Shown: positions 10,250 through 19,359, counted from the stretch's first letter. The stretch is DNA of 64,000 nt from Myxococcota bacterium (GCA_036337945.1 JAYZDF010000029.1:19040-83039), one strand, 5' to 3'. Numbers and translations are program-made. The notes: generated by a model from the letters alone, not told the origin.

Positions 10250-11359
10250 ATGTACCCACCCAAGAGATTTTTCGCACCCCCTAGGTTAACTCCTCTCCGA
10301 CAACTCACACATGCCCCATGCCGGACAAATATGGTAGTTGAACAGTTGATGCGGAGGAGCGGGACAGCGTTAACGGTCGCATATACGTGGCTTACTACAT
10401 GCTTCATTGCCACCCACAGCTTCGCTTATGGTGTTCCGGACAGCGCAGGGAAACCCAACACTCAAGAGCGGATTTTACTCGTGCTCACTAACCAAATTAG
10501 ACAATCACCGCACGACTGGCCAGATTGGGATACCAGCTTATCCCCGGACACCTCTCTTGTTCCTCTCACTGAACAATCTAACCTGTTCGACGCTGCGAGG
10601 TATCACGCAGATGATATGGCCGACCATAACCATTTCGCTCACGAAAGCTCCGACGGGACTCCATTTTCCTCGAGAATCCAAAGGTACTTCCAAGGCGCGT
10701 CGGGTGAAAACATCTACAAGAGCACAAATATAGACCCCTACGCAGCAATGACAGCGTGGATGAACTCAGAAGGTCACCGCATCAATATTCTACGACCTGA
10801 ATGGCGTCTACTCGGGACGGGCTATGCGCTAGAGGGCCGTTTTCATTATTACGTCCAAAATTTTGGTCGCTCGGGAGGCATGACTACGCCACTCATTCCC
10901 GCCGCCGTCGCTTACTCCCTCGACTCAGGTACAATTCGAGTTCTTGCTAATTATTACGACGAAACCAAAAATGACCCTGTAAAATTAGAGGTCAGCGTGG
11001 GAGCTCGCTGTATTGAGCTTACGAACGCTACTGGCGCAAAAGGCAACCGTACGTACCAGAGCGACCAGACAACGCCTAATACCTGTGCGGAAGTGGTATT
11101 TCACGCGACAAGCGCGAGCGGAGCAATTTTTCGATATCCATCGTCTGGCGCACTACTGGTCGGCAATGATTGCGATAAAGAGTTTCAAGTCACTGCTCCG
11201 GCTGCGGATGCTTGTCTCACTTCCGCCAGCGGTTCCTCTGCGACTTACATTGATGCAGAAGCCGGAGGTTGCCGAAATTTCGCAGCAGACCTAACCAGGC
11301 TAGACACCTTTCTGGTAATTCTTGGACCGCTTATTTTGATTCGACGTCGCCGGCGCTAA
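10250..11359 (+). CDS. secreted CAP/SCP/PR1-like domain protein
   Basis: CAP-domain motifs (HYTQVVW-like: the context HNHFAHESSDGTP... GHRINIL.. W..LGTGYA). A signal peptide follows internal Met28/Met34 (ALTVAYTWLTTCFIATHSFAYG), so the true start is probably around 10331-10349. Confidence 0.55.
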   Translation: MYPPKRFFAPPRLTPLRQLTHAPCRTNMVVEQLMRRSGTALTVAYTWLTTCFIATHSFAYGVPDSAGKPNTQERILLVLTNQIRQSPHDWPDWDTSLSPDTSLVPLTEQSNLFDAARYHADDMADHNHFAHESSDGTPFSSRIQRYFQGASGENIYKSTNIDPYAAMTAWMNSEGHRINILRPEWRLLGTGYALEGRFHYYVQNFGRSGGMTTPLIPAAVAYSLDSGTIRVLANYYDETKNDPVKLEVSVGARCIELTNATGAKGNRTYQSDQTTPNTCAEVVFHATSASGAIFRYPSSGALLVGNDCDKEFQVTAPAADACLTSASGSSATYIDAEAGGCRNFAADLTRLDTFLVILGPLILIRRRRR

Positions 11360-11380
11360 ACGGTTTCATTCATTGTACAC

Positions 11381-12604
11381 TTGACCCGCTCGCTCATCTC
11401 AGCGATGCCTCGAATCGGATTCAATATGGCAAACACTGATGTAGGCGCAATCGTATTTGGAGTACTCGCAGCAGGCTTCATGCTGCTGATGATTCTGGCA
11501 CTGCGAAAGGTACTCAATAAGGGCGATTCTGCGAAGGCTATAGATGCAGAGTCATCTTCACCCGCTATAGAGGATGGCCTGAGTGAGGAAGAATCTACAG
11601 ACGAAATAGAGCAAGACGACGAGCCCTCTTTGGAAGCTGCAAAGCCCCAGCTCGAAGAACATACTGAGACGGATGCAGAAGAAACGTTAGAGTCTTCGCA
11701 AGAAGCAATGAATCGCGGTCTTGAAAAGACGCGTAAGGGCTTCATGAGTCGGCTCAAAGGCGCATTATTTGGCGGTAAAGCCATCGATGACGACCTTATT
11801 GATGAACTTGAAGAAATTCTCGTGACCTCAGATCTTGGGATTCACACGACCCAGAAGCTACTAGAGGGTGTACGTAACGAGCTCTCAAAGGCCGAACTCG
11901 CCGATGCCGACCTTATCCAAAATCACCTAAAGGAGAAAATACGCGAAATATTGGGTGAAAAAGCTCCTGAATTTAAGCATTCCGACGGCCCAACGGTCGT
12001 CATGGTGATCGGTGTCAATGGCGTAGGTAAAACAACCACGATTGGGAAAGTTGCGGCCCGTATGAATCGTGGTGGGTCAAAACTCATCCTTGCCGCCGGA
12101 GATACGTTTCGAGCGGCAGCCGTTGAGCAACTCGGTATATGGGCAGAAAGAAGTAATTCAAAGCTTGTACGTGGCCCAGATAATTCGGATCCAAGTGCTG
12201 TGATGTTCGAGGCCGTTCAAGCCGCGCAAGCAGACAAAGTTGACTATTGTATCGCAGACACCGCTGGCCGGCTCCACACGAAGATTAACTTGATGGAAGA
12301 ACTCAAGAAGGTGCGTCGTGTCATGGGGAAAGCGATGGACGGTGCTCCCCACGAGACGATTCTCGTCATTGATGCGACCACCGGGCAAAACGGGATCGCA
12401 CAGGCCAAAAAGTTCTCAGAAGCGGTGCCCATCGACTCGATTGCACTGACAAAACTCGATGGGACAGCTAAGGGCGGAGTCGTCGTCGCCATCTGCGACG
12501 CCCTTGGGATTCCAGTCCGCTATGTTGGCGTAGGTGAAGGCATCGACGACCTTCGTGACTTCGACCCAGATGAATTCGTCAATGCGCTTTTCTCTAACGA
12601 ATAA
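11381..12604 (+). CDS. ftsY: signal recognition particle receptor FtsY
   Basis: An acidic N-terminal region is followed by the NG domain with the GTPase motifs GVNGVGKTTTIGK, DTAGR and TKLDG. A hydrophobic N-terminal segment (after an internal Met at about 11426) suggests a membrane anchor. Confidence 0.9.
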   Translation: MTRSLISAMPRIGFNMANTDVGAIVFGVLAAGFMLLMILALRKVLNKGDSAKAIDAESSSPAIEDGLSEEESTDEIEQDDEPSLEAAKPQLEEHTETDAEETLESSQEAMNRGLEKTRKGFMSRLKGALFGGKAIDDDLIDELEEILVTSDLGIHTTQKLLEGVRNELSKAELADADLIQNHLKEKIREILGEKAPEFKHSDGPTVVMVIGVNGVGKTTTIGKVAARMNRGGSKLILAAGDTFRAAAVEQLGIWAERSNSKLVRGPDNSDPSAVMFEAVQAAQADKVDYCIADTAGRLHTKINLMEELKKVRRVMGKAMDGAPHETILVIDATTGQNGIAQAKKFSEAVPIDSIALTKLDGTAKGGVVVAICDALGIPVRYVGVGEGIDDLRDFDPDEFVNALFSNE

Positions 12605-12664
12605 CCTCGATTTAATCAGACTGGCATTGACGGCCCCCAAGTGACTTCGTAAAGTGCGGTTGGA

Positions 12665-13057
12665 ATGGTTGGTTCTCCACAGATTAGCGAGAAAAAGAGT
12701 CGAGACAAAAGGAACGTAAAAGTTGAGCTATATGGCCAACGGTTCTCAATTCGTACAGACGATGACGAGGAATACATTCAGAAGCTGTCGAACCACATCA
12801 ATCGGAAAATGCAGGAGATACGCAACGCAACAGGCCGCGTGGAAACCAGTCAAATTGCGCTACTCGCTCTCCTTGAAATGAGCGATACATTATTTCGAGA
12901 GCGAGCGAAGGTAGAGCAGCTGCGGGGAGAAGTAATGACAAAATCCAACACTCTGCTGCAGGCGATAGACGAAATATCTAACACTCTTGAACTTACCGAA
13001 GATGCCGCGGTAGCGGTTGCTTCAGCCGGAATTACTGGCAGAACCAATAAAAAATAG
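12665..13057 (+). CDS. zapA: cell division protein ZapA
   Basis: Small protein with a ZapA-like N-terminus (VKVELYGQRFSIRTDDDEEYIQKLSNHINRKMQEI...ALLALLEMSDTLF) and a coiled-coil C-terminus. It is followed by a candidate 6S RNA and ygfA, the conserved synteny. Confidence 0.7.
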   Translation: MVGSPQISEKKSRDKRNVKVELYGQRFSIRTDDDEEYIQKLSNHINRKMQEIRNATGRVETSQIALLALLEMSDTLFRERAKVEQLRGEVMTKSNTLLQAIDEISNTLELTEDAAVAVASAGITGRTNKK

Positions 13058-13094
13058 CGCCAAGGATGTCTTCAGAAGCCATTGGTTTTATTGG

Positions 13095-13345
13095 GTAACG
13101 GCCTGTGCCTGCCAACGTTTTTTAAATCAACCATTGATTCGCTTCAAAGTCGGATGCATACTTTAGGTCCCTGCTGGGTATCGATCACGGTCCTACATTG
13201 GGAACCGTAGAGACTTTATAGGGAGAGGTTCCTTCCGACGCCGCACGGACTACCCATGAGGTAGAGGTAGGTTGCCGGGATCACTTCGCCCACCTGCTGA
13301 GCGCAGGTTCCTCGTAGTATCAGTGCGGTACTTAGGCAGGGGTTA
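13095..13345 (+). ncRNA. ssrS: candidate 6S RNA (ssrS)
   Basis: A non-coding gap of about 290 nt lies between zapA and the 5-formyl-THF cyclo-ligase (ygfA homolog). This is the conserved zapA-ssrS-ygfA context. Distal complementary segments (cctgcc at 13108-13113 with ggcagg at 13335-13340) are compatible with a long closing stem. Boundaries are approximate. Confidence 0.45.
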
Positions 13346-13352
13346 TTTCTTC

Positions 13353-13943
13353 ATGGCTCAACCAGATGTCGAGAAAGCCGCATTTCGGACTCATGCTCGC
13401 AATCAACGAGTGGCCATTTCAAAAGAGCAGAGAAAGGTCGCCAGCGAGCTCGCCTGCAAACATCTCATGAGGTCGAACCTCTGGGCCTCAATTAGCTCGA
13501 TCGCTCTATATGCGGCATATGGAAGCGAGATCGACCCCCTCCCCCTCGAACAAGAGGCGACAAGCAGCGGTAAACGAATATTCTACCCTCGCGTGACTGG
13601 CGACAAACTTGAGTTTGCTGAGTCAAACTATAGCGATTTGACGAAGGGCTTTGCCGCAATTTTTGAGCCGACTGGGCCGCCTGTCGCATTACGCGACATT
13701 GACCTGGTAATCGTGCCCGGACTTGCTTTTGGTCCTCAAGGACAAAGGCTAGGTTCAGGTCGTGGTTTTTATGACCGAAGTCTCAATGGTGATGTTCTGA
13801 CAATTGGAATGGCATTTCACCAGCAAATCAGTAGTCAAGTTCCTACTCTTCCACATGACGTGCGAATGCAAGGAATCCTCACTGACAAGGGATTCACACT
13901 TGAGCCTTCAATCAAAGCAGATAGCGGGCTACACTCCGAGTAG
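13353..13943 (+). CDS. ygfA: 5-formyltetrahydrofolate cyclo-ligase
   Basis: 5-FCL family pattern (LYAAYGSEIDP...RIFYPRV...DLVIVPGLAFGPQGQRLGSGRGFYDR). The ORF track starts at 13272, but Met28 (MAQPDVEK, 13353) is the likelier start given the upstream ncRNA. Confidence 0.75.
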   Translation: MAQPDVEKAAFRTHARNQRVAISKEQRKVASELACKHLMRSNLWASISSIALYAAYGSEIDPLPLEQEATSSGKRIFYPRVTGDKLEFAESNYSDLTKGFAAIFEPTGPPVALRDIDLVIVPGLAFGPQGQRLGSGRGFYDRSLNGDVLTIGMAFHQQISSQVPTLPHDVRMQGILTDKGFTLEPSIKADSGLHSE

Positions 13944-13952
13944 CCGGGATAA

Positions 13953-15425
13953 ATGATGCAGTCACTCAGTCATGAAAATGGGAAAGAATCCGCGATAACT
14001 CTTATTGGCGTAGCCCCTGAATCGAAAAACATGAGTCGACTCAGTGATCAGTTAGACGCACAGGCATTTCTCCCTGATCACGCCTCACTTCTTGCCGCTT
14101 GCAATAACAGCTCAAAGCCCATCGTGATGGTGCTCCCGGCCCACAAGCCTTGGCTTATCCTGAAAGCCGCAAGGCATCCCAACGTTTTGCGTCTTGTCGT
14201 TTTTTACACCCACCAATCCAGCCCATCACGAATCAAACAAGCCCTTACCCGAGCCGCCTTCGCCCTCGTCGACCAGACTATCGTTTGGAGCATCGACGAG
14301 ATCACCTCGGCCGTTAGATCTGGCGCGGACCCTGATCGGATTATTTCCGCGCAACAAACAAACATTGTAGCGCATATACTCGACGAACAGCCCAGGCGTG
14401 CTCAGTCTGAAGCCGCCGCAAGCTTTGGTCTCGACGTCGCTGAAATGACTGGCACCATCCGATTACTCGAAAAGCTTTCCCCAGACAAAGGTGTAAACGT
14501 CATCAATTATCACCGAATCCTTCCTCCCGACGAACACCGAAGATACACGCGACCGCAGCAAGCCCTAGCCTCTCCCATATTCGAAATCCAACTCGAAGAA
14601 TTCGCTAATAGGGATGGTTTCGTCGACCTTGAAAATGTCAGAGATCGAAGCGCCGAGGGCAGCACAGGAATAACATTCGATGATGGTTACGAAGATAACT
14701 TTCGTGTCGCATTACCAGCGCTAAAAAAATGGTCTGTTCCAGCCTGGATTTTCGTCGTAACAGGCCAAGTCGGTAACGCTAACTCGTTATGGTGGGATTA
14801 CATAGGAGACGCACTTTTCGCGCTATGGGAGCAGAAGTCTGCGGAGCTCGAGCACCCGTCTCTACCCATACAATGTGGAGAGCTTTTGAAAACGCGTTCG
14901 ACCTTACAGGCCCGCAGACTCATTTCCGAAATTCTAACTGAACTTAACGCCACAAACGAGCACACCAGAAAAGACGTTTCAGATGTTTTGCGAAAGCTGT
15001 CAGGCCACAGCGAGCAGTCCACGATGCTCTCGTGGGAACAGGTTAAGGAGATGCACGCCTCTGGGATTCAGTTCGGGTCACATACGAGAAATCACGTCTG
15101 CCTCGACGAACTTTCCAGCAAAACGGCGAAGGAAGAAGTCCGAAGTGGGCAAGAAGACCTTGAGAAAGTTTTAGGGGACCGTGCCAAAAAGAGCGTTGCC
15201 TTACCACGTGGAAAACTCGGGCCTTTCACCGAAGAGACACTAAGGGAAGAAGGTTTCGAATCAGTGATGACAACAATTGCAGGTGTAAATAGAAGCTCTG
15301 ATAAATCACTGTTCGTTCTAAGGCGTGATGGAAAAATGCTCACTCTGCGCGGACGTCATCATCCTGCAAAAATGCGACTTGAATTATCTGGATGGCTCGA
15401 CCGTGCGCGGCAACTGCTTCGCTAG
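13953..15425 (+). CDS. polysaccharide deacetylase (NodB-homology) family protein with N-terminal extension of unknown function
   Basis: The C-terminal half has NodB-type motifs (ITFDDGYEDNF; H..HVCLDELS). The N-terminal extension of about 230 aa has no recognisable domain. Confidence 0.6.
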   Translation: MMQSLSHENGKESAITLIGVAPESKNMSRLSDQLDAQAFLPDHASLLAACNNSSKPIVMVLPAHKPWLILKAARHPNVLRLVVFYTHQSSPSRIKQALTRAAFALVDQTIVWSIDEITSAVRSGADPDRIISAQQTNIVAHILDEQPRRAQSEAAASFGLDVAEMTGTIRLLEKLSPDKGVNVINYHRILPPDEHRRYTRPQQALASPIFEIQLEEFANRDGFVDLENVRDRSAEGSTGITFDDGYEDNFRVALPALKKWSVPAWIFVVTGQVGNANSLWWDYIGDALFALWEQKSAELEHPSLPIQCGELLKTRSTLQARRLISEILTELNATNEHTRKDVSDVLRKLSGHSEQSTMLSWEQVKEMHASGIQFGSHTRNHVCLDELSSKTAKEEVRSGQEDLEKVLGDRAKKSVALPRGKLGPFTEETLREEGFESVMTTIAGVNRSSDKSLFVLRRDGKMLTLRGRHHPAKMRLELSGWLDRARQLLR

Positions 15426-15437
15426 GATACTGTTCGT

Positions 15438-16253
15438 TTACCTATCGAGTACAAAAGTAACAGGCACAGGAATCCACATCCCTACAACCGCACCGTCTTG
15501 TATAGCGGGCCTAAATCGCCAGTTTTTCTTCGCGTGCCGGACGGCGCTTTCGTCGCAGCCGTACCCAATCCCCTTGAGGATCTTCACTTTTTCAACGCGT
15601 CCGCTGGCCCCCACGTAAACTCGCAGCATCACACGCCCTTCGATATCGTTTTTGCGGGCCTCTTCCGGATACGGGGGCACACGATCGAATTCGGACGTTA
15701 TGAACTCTGGCGGGCTGTCTTCAAGATCGCCTCTCCCGGGCCCTTTTCCATTACCCGATGCAGGAGCGACTCTCTCCGTCGTTTTACTCCCCGGCGCCAA
15801 AGTATCGTCGGTTGGATCAGCGAACATATTTCCGCCACCGTCAATCGCTCTCGCGGCCACGCCACCCCCCATGACGGTTGAGGACATGTCGACCGAAAAG
15901 CCCATCGGTGGAGGTTGTGGCTTTGGCGGTGGAGGCTCATTACTAGGCGCCGGCTCTGCTTTTGGTTGTGCCTTGTTTTTCCTGACTGGCACACGTGGTT
16001 TTTTCTTTTTGACTTGAGCCGTCTTTACCTTGGGTTTGGGTTTGGGTTTTGGCTTAGGAGGCTCAGCAGGTTTTGGAGGGTCCGGTGCCTTCTTGACTAC
16101 TGGTTTTGGAGGCTTGGGTTTCGTGTTCACAATTTTCATGCGAACCTTCTTTGGACGAGGTACTTTTTCGCGTGCCTCAATATCATTGGCCATAAGCAAG
16201 ATAACGCCATGCAGAAGGACACTCGCGAGTGTTGCAATGCCTATAGACTTCAA
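15438..16253 (-). CDS. tonB: energy transducer TonB
   Basis: N-terminal TM helix, a proline/lysine-rich spacer (PKPPKPVVKKAPDPPKPAEPPKPKPKPKPK) and a C-terminal TonB domain (PPYPEEARKNDIEGRVMLRVYVGASGRVEKVKILKGIGYGCDESAVRHAKKNWRFRPA). Confidence 0.8.
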   Translation of the reverse strand: MKSIGIATLASVLLHGVILLMANDIEAREKVPRPKKVRMKIVNTKPKPPKPVVKKAPDPPKPAEPPKPKPKPKPKVKTAQVKKKKPRVPVRKNKAQPKAEPAPSNEPPPPKPQPPPMGFSVDMSSTVMGGGVAARAIDGGGNMFADPTDDTLAPGSKTTERVAPASGNGKGPGRGDLEDSPPEFITSEFDRVPPYPEEARKNDIEGRVMLRVYVGASGRVEKVKILKGIGYGCDESAVRHAKKNWRFRPAIQDGAVVGMWIPVPVTFVLDR

Positions 16254-16255
16254 AC

Positions 16256-16714
16256 CTACTCCGCTTTCTCTGGGGTTGCTTCGTCGATTTCTTCTGACGC
16301 TGGATCACTAAAATCAGCTTGTGTATTTAACGCAAATTTCGTGATTCCTTCCGTCTTTATTAAGTCGATCAGACCCACAACACGTTCGTGTTTCACGGAG
16401 CCATCAGCTGCAATAATCGCTTCTAGGTCCTCGAGCGTATCTTTTTTCTCACGAATGAACTCTTTGAGAGCTGCTTCATCAACTTTCTTGTTGTTCAAAT
16501 AGATATCGCCTTGTTTCGTAATCACCAAGGCAAGTTGTGATTGGGCAGTCTCTTCCGCAGAAGCCGCCCTGGGTAGGTCAACCTTGATCGCTGGCGTGAC
16601 AATGTAGCTTGCCGTCATCATAAAGATGATCAGCAGAACCAGAACAATATCTACAAGCGGCGTGATGTTGATGCCGGTGATCGCATCTTCATCGTCGTCT
16701 TGAACCCCAGCCAT
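16256..16714 (-). CDS. exbD: biopolymer transport protein ExbD/TolR
   Basis: ExbD/TolR signature (INITPLVDIVLVLLIIFMMT) on a single TM helix. It sits between exbB and tonB. Confidence 0.85.
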   Translation of the reverse strand: MAGVQDDDEDAITGINITPLVDIVLVLLIIFMMTASYIVTPAIKVDLPRAASAEETAQSQLALVITKQGDIYLNNKKVDEAALKEFIREKKDTLEDLEAIIAADGSVKHERVVGLIDLIKTEGITKFALNTQADFSDPASEEIDEATPEKAE

Positions 16715-16716
16715 TT

Positions 16717-17364
16717 CTAGTCGCCTCGCTTACACAGCGTATCCAGTCGTGCTGTAAGTGTGCGCTGAAGTCCGTCAGTACTCGAGATGAAGCCTTTGAC
16801 CTGCGCTTTGAAAAAATTGAATGCAACGACAGCAGGTAAAGCCACGGCCAACCCAACGGCCGTAGCAACCAGGGCCTCGGAAATGCCAGCCATTACCGCA
16901 GAGGCGCCGCCAGCCGCTTGCGATGGGTCAGACAAAGATAGATCTTGGAATGCCTTGATAATACCAAGAACAGTTCCAAGAAGTCCGATAAACGGCGCGT
17001 TATTACCAAGAGTTCCGAGAAATACCAGCCGGGACTCATACCTCGCTTTTTGCCGACCCAGTTCTGCTGACATCATTTCGCGAACGGCGTCAGGGCCCAA
17101 AGAAAGATGTTTGAGGCCAGTCGCAACCACTTGCGTCTCCATTCGATCCTGTTCTGACAACCAGGATGTCGCGTCTTCTATATGCCCGTCATCTAGCCGT
17201 TGACCGAGTTCAGCACCAACTTCTCTAACTTCCAATTTACGAGAGAAATAGAAGTATAGCCGCTCAAGCATGATCGCAATTGACACGATACTCAGGATGA
17301 CGAGTAGCCATAAAACCCATTCCGCACCTAAGAGCGCGAAAGCATTCATCGAACGTTCAAGCAT
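16717..17364 (-). CDS. exbB: MotA/TolQ/ExbB proton channel protein
   Basis: Three TM helices and the conserved C-terminal region (GLLGTVLGIIKAF...AGISEALVATAVGLAVALPAVVAFNFF). Confidence 0.85.
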   Translation of the reverse strand: MLERSMNAFALLGAEWVLWLLVILSIVSIAIMLERLYFYFSRKLEVREVGAELGQRLDDGHIEDATSWLSEQDRMETQVVATGLKHLSLGPDAVREMMSAELGRQKARYESRLVFLGTLGNNAPFIGLLGTVLGIIKAFQDLSLSDPSQAAGGASAVMAGISEALVATAVGLAVALPAVVAFNFFKAQVKGFISSTDGLQRTLTARLDTLCKRGD

Positions 17365-17462
17365 GGTTGGATACTCGCACCGACTGCAGCAAATACGTCA
17401 AGGCCGACTTGGTAATAATTGCAGGTATTTTCGAGTGACTCTGTAACCCGAGGTGTGTGGGT

Positions 17463-17723
17463 TTACGCGGCGTCTTCGGACGGACGCTTGTTGGGGTTGA
17501 TGGGAATGATGACGACACTCTCTTGTTCCTCAGGTTCTTCATACCGAGACTCTTCGTCATACGACGACGGAATAGGCTCCCGATAGACGGGAATCTCAAG
17601 ATGTATACGAGGCCGTGATGATTCTCGCTCGCGTTGCTCTTCCTCGCGCCTAATTGCATCTATTATGTAAGCATCTAGCATCTTTTCGTCCTCTACTTCG
17701 GCAAAACACCTAATAAGCACCAC
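17463..17723 (-). CDS. small acidic hypothetical protein
   Basis: An 86 aa ORF rich in Glu/Arg/Pro with no recognisable domain. It lies upstream of exbB on the same strand. An alternative-frame ORF (17357-17659) overlaps it and is less likely to be real. Confidence 0.3.
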   Translation of the reverse strand: MVLIRCFAEVEDEKMLDAYIIDAIRREEEQRERESSRPRIHLEIPVYREPIPSSYDEESRYEEPEEQESVVIIPINPNKRPSEDAA

Positions 17724-18096
17724 GGAAATTCGTTATGTCCTATATCGGTCCGCTTTCGTTTTTTGGTGACTCTTTTTCATCTCTCACTCAAAAAACGTCC
17801 CATTGACCCAATAAATTCCACCCGTCGGAGTGCTGTGACCAACTTCACATCAAGAGCGAAAAGTTCGCCCTCTATATTACTAGTCGGCCGTAGCCACGAA
17901 ACTGTGACCTAAAATCGGTAAAGGCACCAATTTTTGTCCGTCAAACAAATTTCTCGCCGGTTTACCCTTTTCGGGACGAGCGAGACATAGAGTGCCCTGA
18001 AATTTTCAATCATATGTCTCAACATGCGGTTTTTTTTGATTTTCTTTGGGTTAGCCCATAGCGAAGGAACAAAAATCGAGGTACGAGAACATCAAT
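17724..18096. promoter_or_regulatory. divergent intergenic region of about 370 nt upstream of the BMC operon
   Basis: A long AT-richer non-coding gap separates the minus-strand small ORF/exbB-exbD-tonB cluster from the plus-strand BMC operon. A ribosome-binding-site-like GAGG precedes the 18097 ATG. No specific operator was recognised. Confidence 0.3.
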
Positions 18097-18723
18097 ATGT
18101 CCCAAGGTGTGAAGCTCAGAGCCTACCAATTTCTCGATAGCCTGCAACCACAACTCACGTCGCATATTTGCACAACTTGCCGTGGGTATTTTCCGGTTCC
18201 AGGAATGGCGTCCCTATTCGTAGAGATCGCGCCGGGAATGGCCATCCATCGCCTGATCGACCGTGCCCTCAAAGCCACGGACGTTCAGCCTGCTACCTTG
18301 ATCGTGGAACGAGCGTTTGGGATGTTGGAGATTCATCACAACGATAAGGGCCAGGTCTTAGCTGCGGGCGCGGCAATCCTTGACCAACTGGGGGTATCCG
18401 AGACAGACCGCGTGAAGCCGCGCGTTGTATCGAATACCATTATTCGCTCTATCGAGCCTTACCATGCCATGATTGTTGATAAAATTCGTTTTGGTTCGAT
18501 GATCAGCCCGGGTGAATCGTTGTTAGTGATGGAGACACAACCCGCAGCATACGTTGCCTTCGCAGCGAACGAAGCTGAGAAAGCCGCGAATGTTACCCTC
18601 GTCGACGTAACACCATATGGTGCGTTCGGGCGACTTTACCTAGCTGGAGACGAAGCAGAAATCGACTCCGCTGCACAAGCCGCAGAAGCTGCCATTGCAA
18701 GCATCAGCGGAATAGAACAATAA
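18097..18723 (+). CDS. bacterial microcompartment shell protein, tandem-domain BMC-T, with ~35-aa N-terminal extension
   Basis: This 208 aa protein has two BMC-like segments ([25 protein letters not shown]...[11 protein letters not shown] and [31 protein letters not shown]...[26 protein letters not shown]). Both resemble BMC domain cores: an alpha/beta fold with a D/E-A-x-x-K-A helix. The subtype (permuted PduB/EutL-like versus PduT-like) cannot be decided by eye. Confidence 0.6.
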   Translation: MSQGVKLRAYQFLDSLQPQLTSHICTTCRGYFPVPGMASLFVEIAPGMAIHRLIDRALKATDVQPATLIVERAFGMLEIHHNDKGQVLAAGAAILDQLGVSETDRVKPRVVSNTIIRSIEPYHAMIVDKIRFGSMISPGESLLVMETQPAAYVAFAANEAEKAANVTLVDVTPYGAFGRLYLAGDEAEIDSAAQAAEAAIASISGIEQ

Positions 18724-18759
18724 CCCAAATTTAAACTGTAACGATAAGAAGGAAGAACG

Positions 18760-19062
18760 ATGTCGGAAGCACTCGGAATGATCGAAACAAAAGGTTTCGT
18801 AGGAATGGTTGAAGCCTCAGATGCCATGGTTAAAGCAGCCAAGGTCGAACTCGTAGGTTATGAGAAGATTGGTGGAGGTTTCGTAACCTCAATCGTACGT
18901 GGCGATGTTGCAGCGGTGAAAGCAGCCGTAGAGGCAGGCGCGCGAGGCGCTGAACGCGTTGGCGAATTAGTGAGTGTTCATGTCATTCCACGCCCACACG
19001 CAAATATCGATGCCGCATTGCCGCTAGGTCGAGCACCTGCCGCATCAGGAAAAGGCAAGTAG
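18760..19062 (+). CDS. bacterial microcompartment hexamer shell protein BMC-H (PduA/EutM/CcmK family)
   Basis: It aligns nearly end-to-end by eye with PduA: [59 protein letters not shown]...VHVIPRPH. Confidence 0.9.
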   Translation: MSEALGMIETKGFVGMVEASDAMVKAAKVELVGYEKIGGGFVTSIVRGDVAAVKAAVEAGARGAERVGELVSVHVIPRPHANIDAALPLGRAPAASGKGK

Positions 19063-19065
19063 AAC

Positions 19066-19359
19066 GTGCTCCTTGGCAAGGTCATTGGGACCGTCGTTGC
19101 CAGCAAGAAAGAACCTGAAATCGAAGGGCTAAAACTGCTCGTAGTGAAAGGTTCAGAGCTGGACGGACAAGCCAGCGGTCCAATTGTTGTTGCGGTAGAT
19201 GCCGTTGGTGCAGGCGTAGGCGAACTCGTTTTGTACGCAGCGGGCTCTTCGGCGCGTCAGACAATTCAAACCAAAGACAAGCCCGTGGACCATGTCGTCA
19301 TGGCGATTGTCGACCAAGTCGAGGTCGAAGGTTCACTGCTGTATAACAAAGATAACTAA
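19066..19359 (+). CDS. bacterial microcompartment vertex pentamer BMC-P (EutN/PduN/CcmL family)
   Basis: A 97 aa protein with the EutN-like pattern ([12 protein letters not shown]...LKLLVV.....[31 protein letters not shown]). Confidence 0.9.
   Translation: MLLGKVIGTVVASKKEPEIEGLKLLVVKGSELDGQASGPIVVAVDAVGAGVGELVLYAAGSSARQTIQTKDKPVDHVVMAIVDQVEVEGSLLYNKDN

Noticed and set aside
17357-17659. 100-aa ORF overlapping the 86-aa acidic ORF upstream of exbB
   Set aside because: It is an alternative frame of the same region with a basic, low-complexity translation. Only one of the two can be real, and neither has homology. The non-overlapping acidic ORF was kept at low confidence.
17922-17940. Sigma-54-like GGCAC element (aaggcaccaatttttgtcc) upstream of the BMC operon
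   Set aside because: The -24 GG and a downstream GC are not separated by the required 10 nt, and the -12 TTGC-like element is absent. This is not a convincing -24/-12 promoter.
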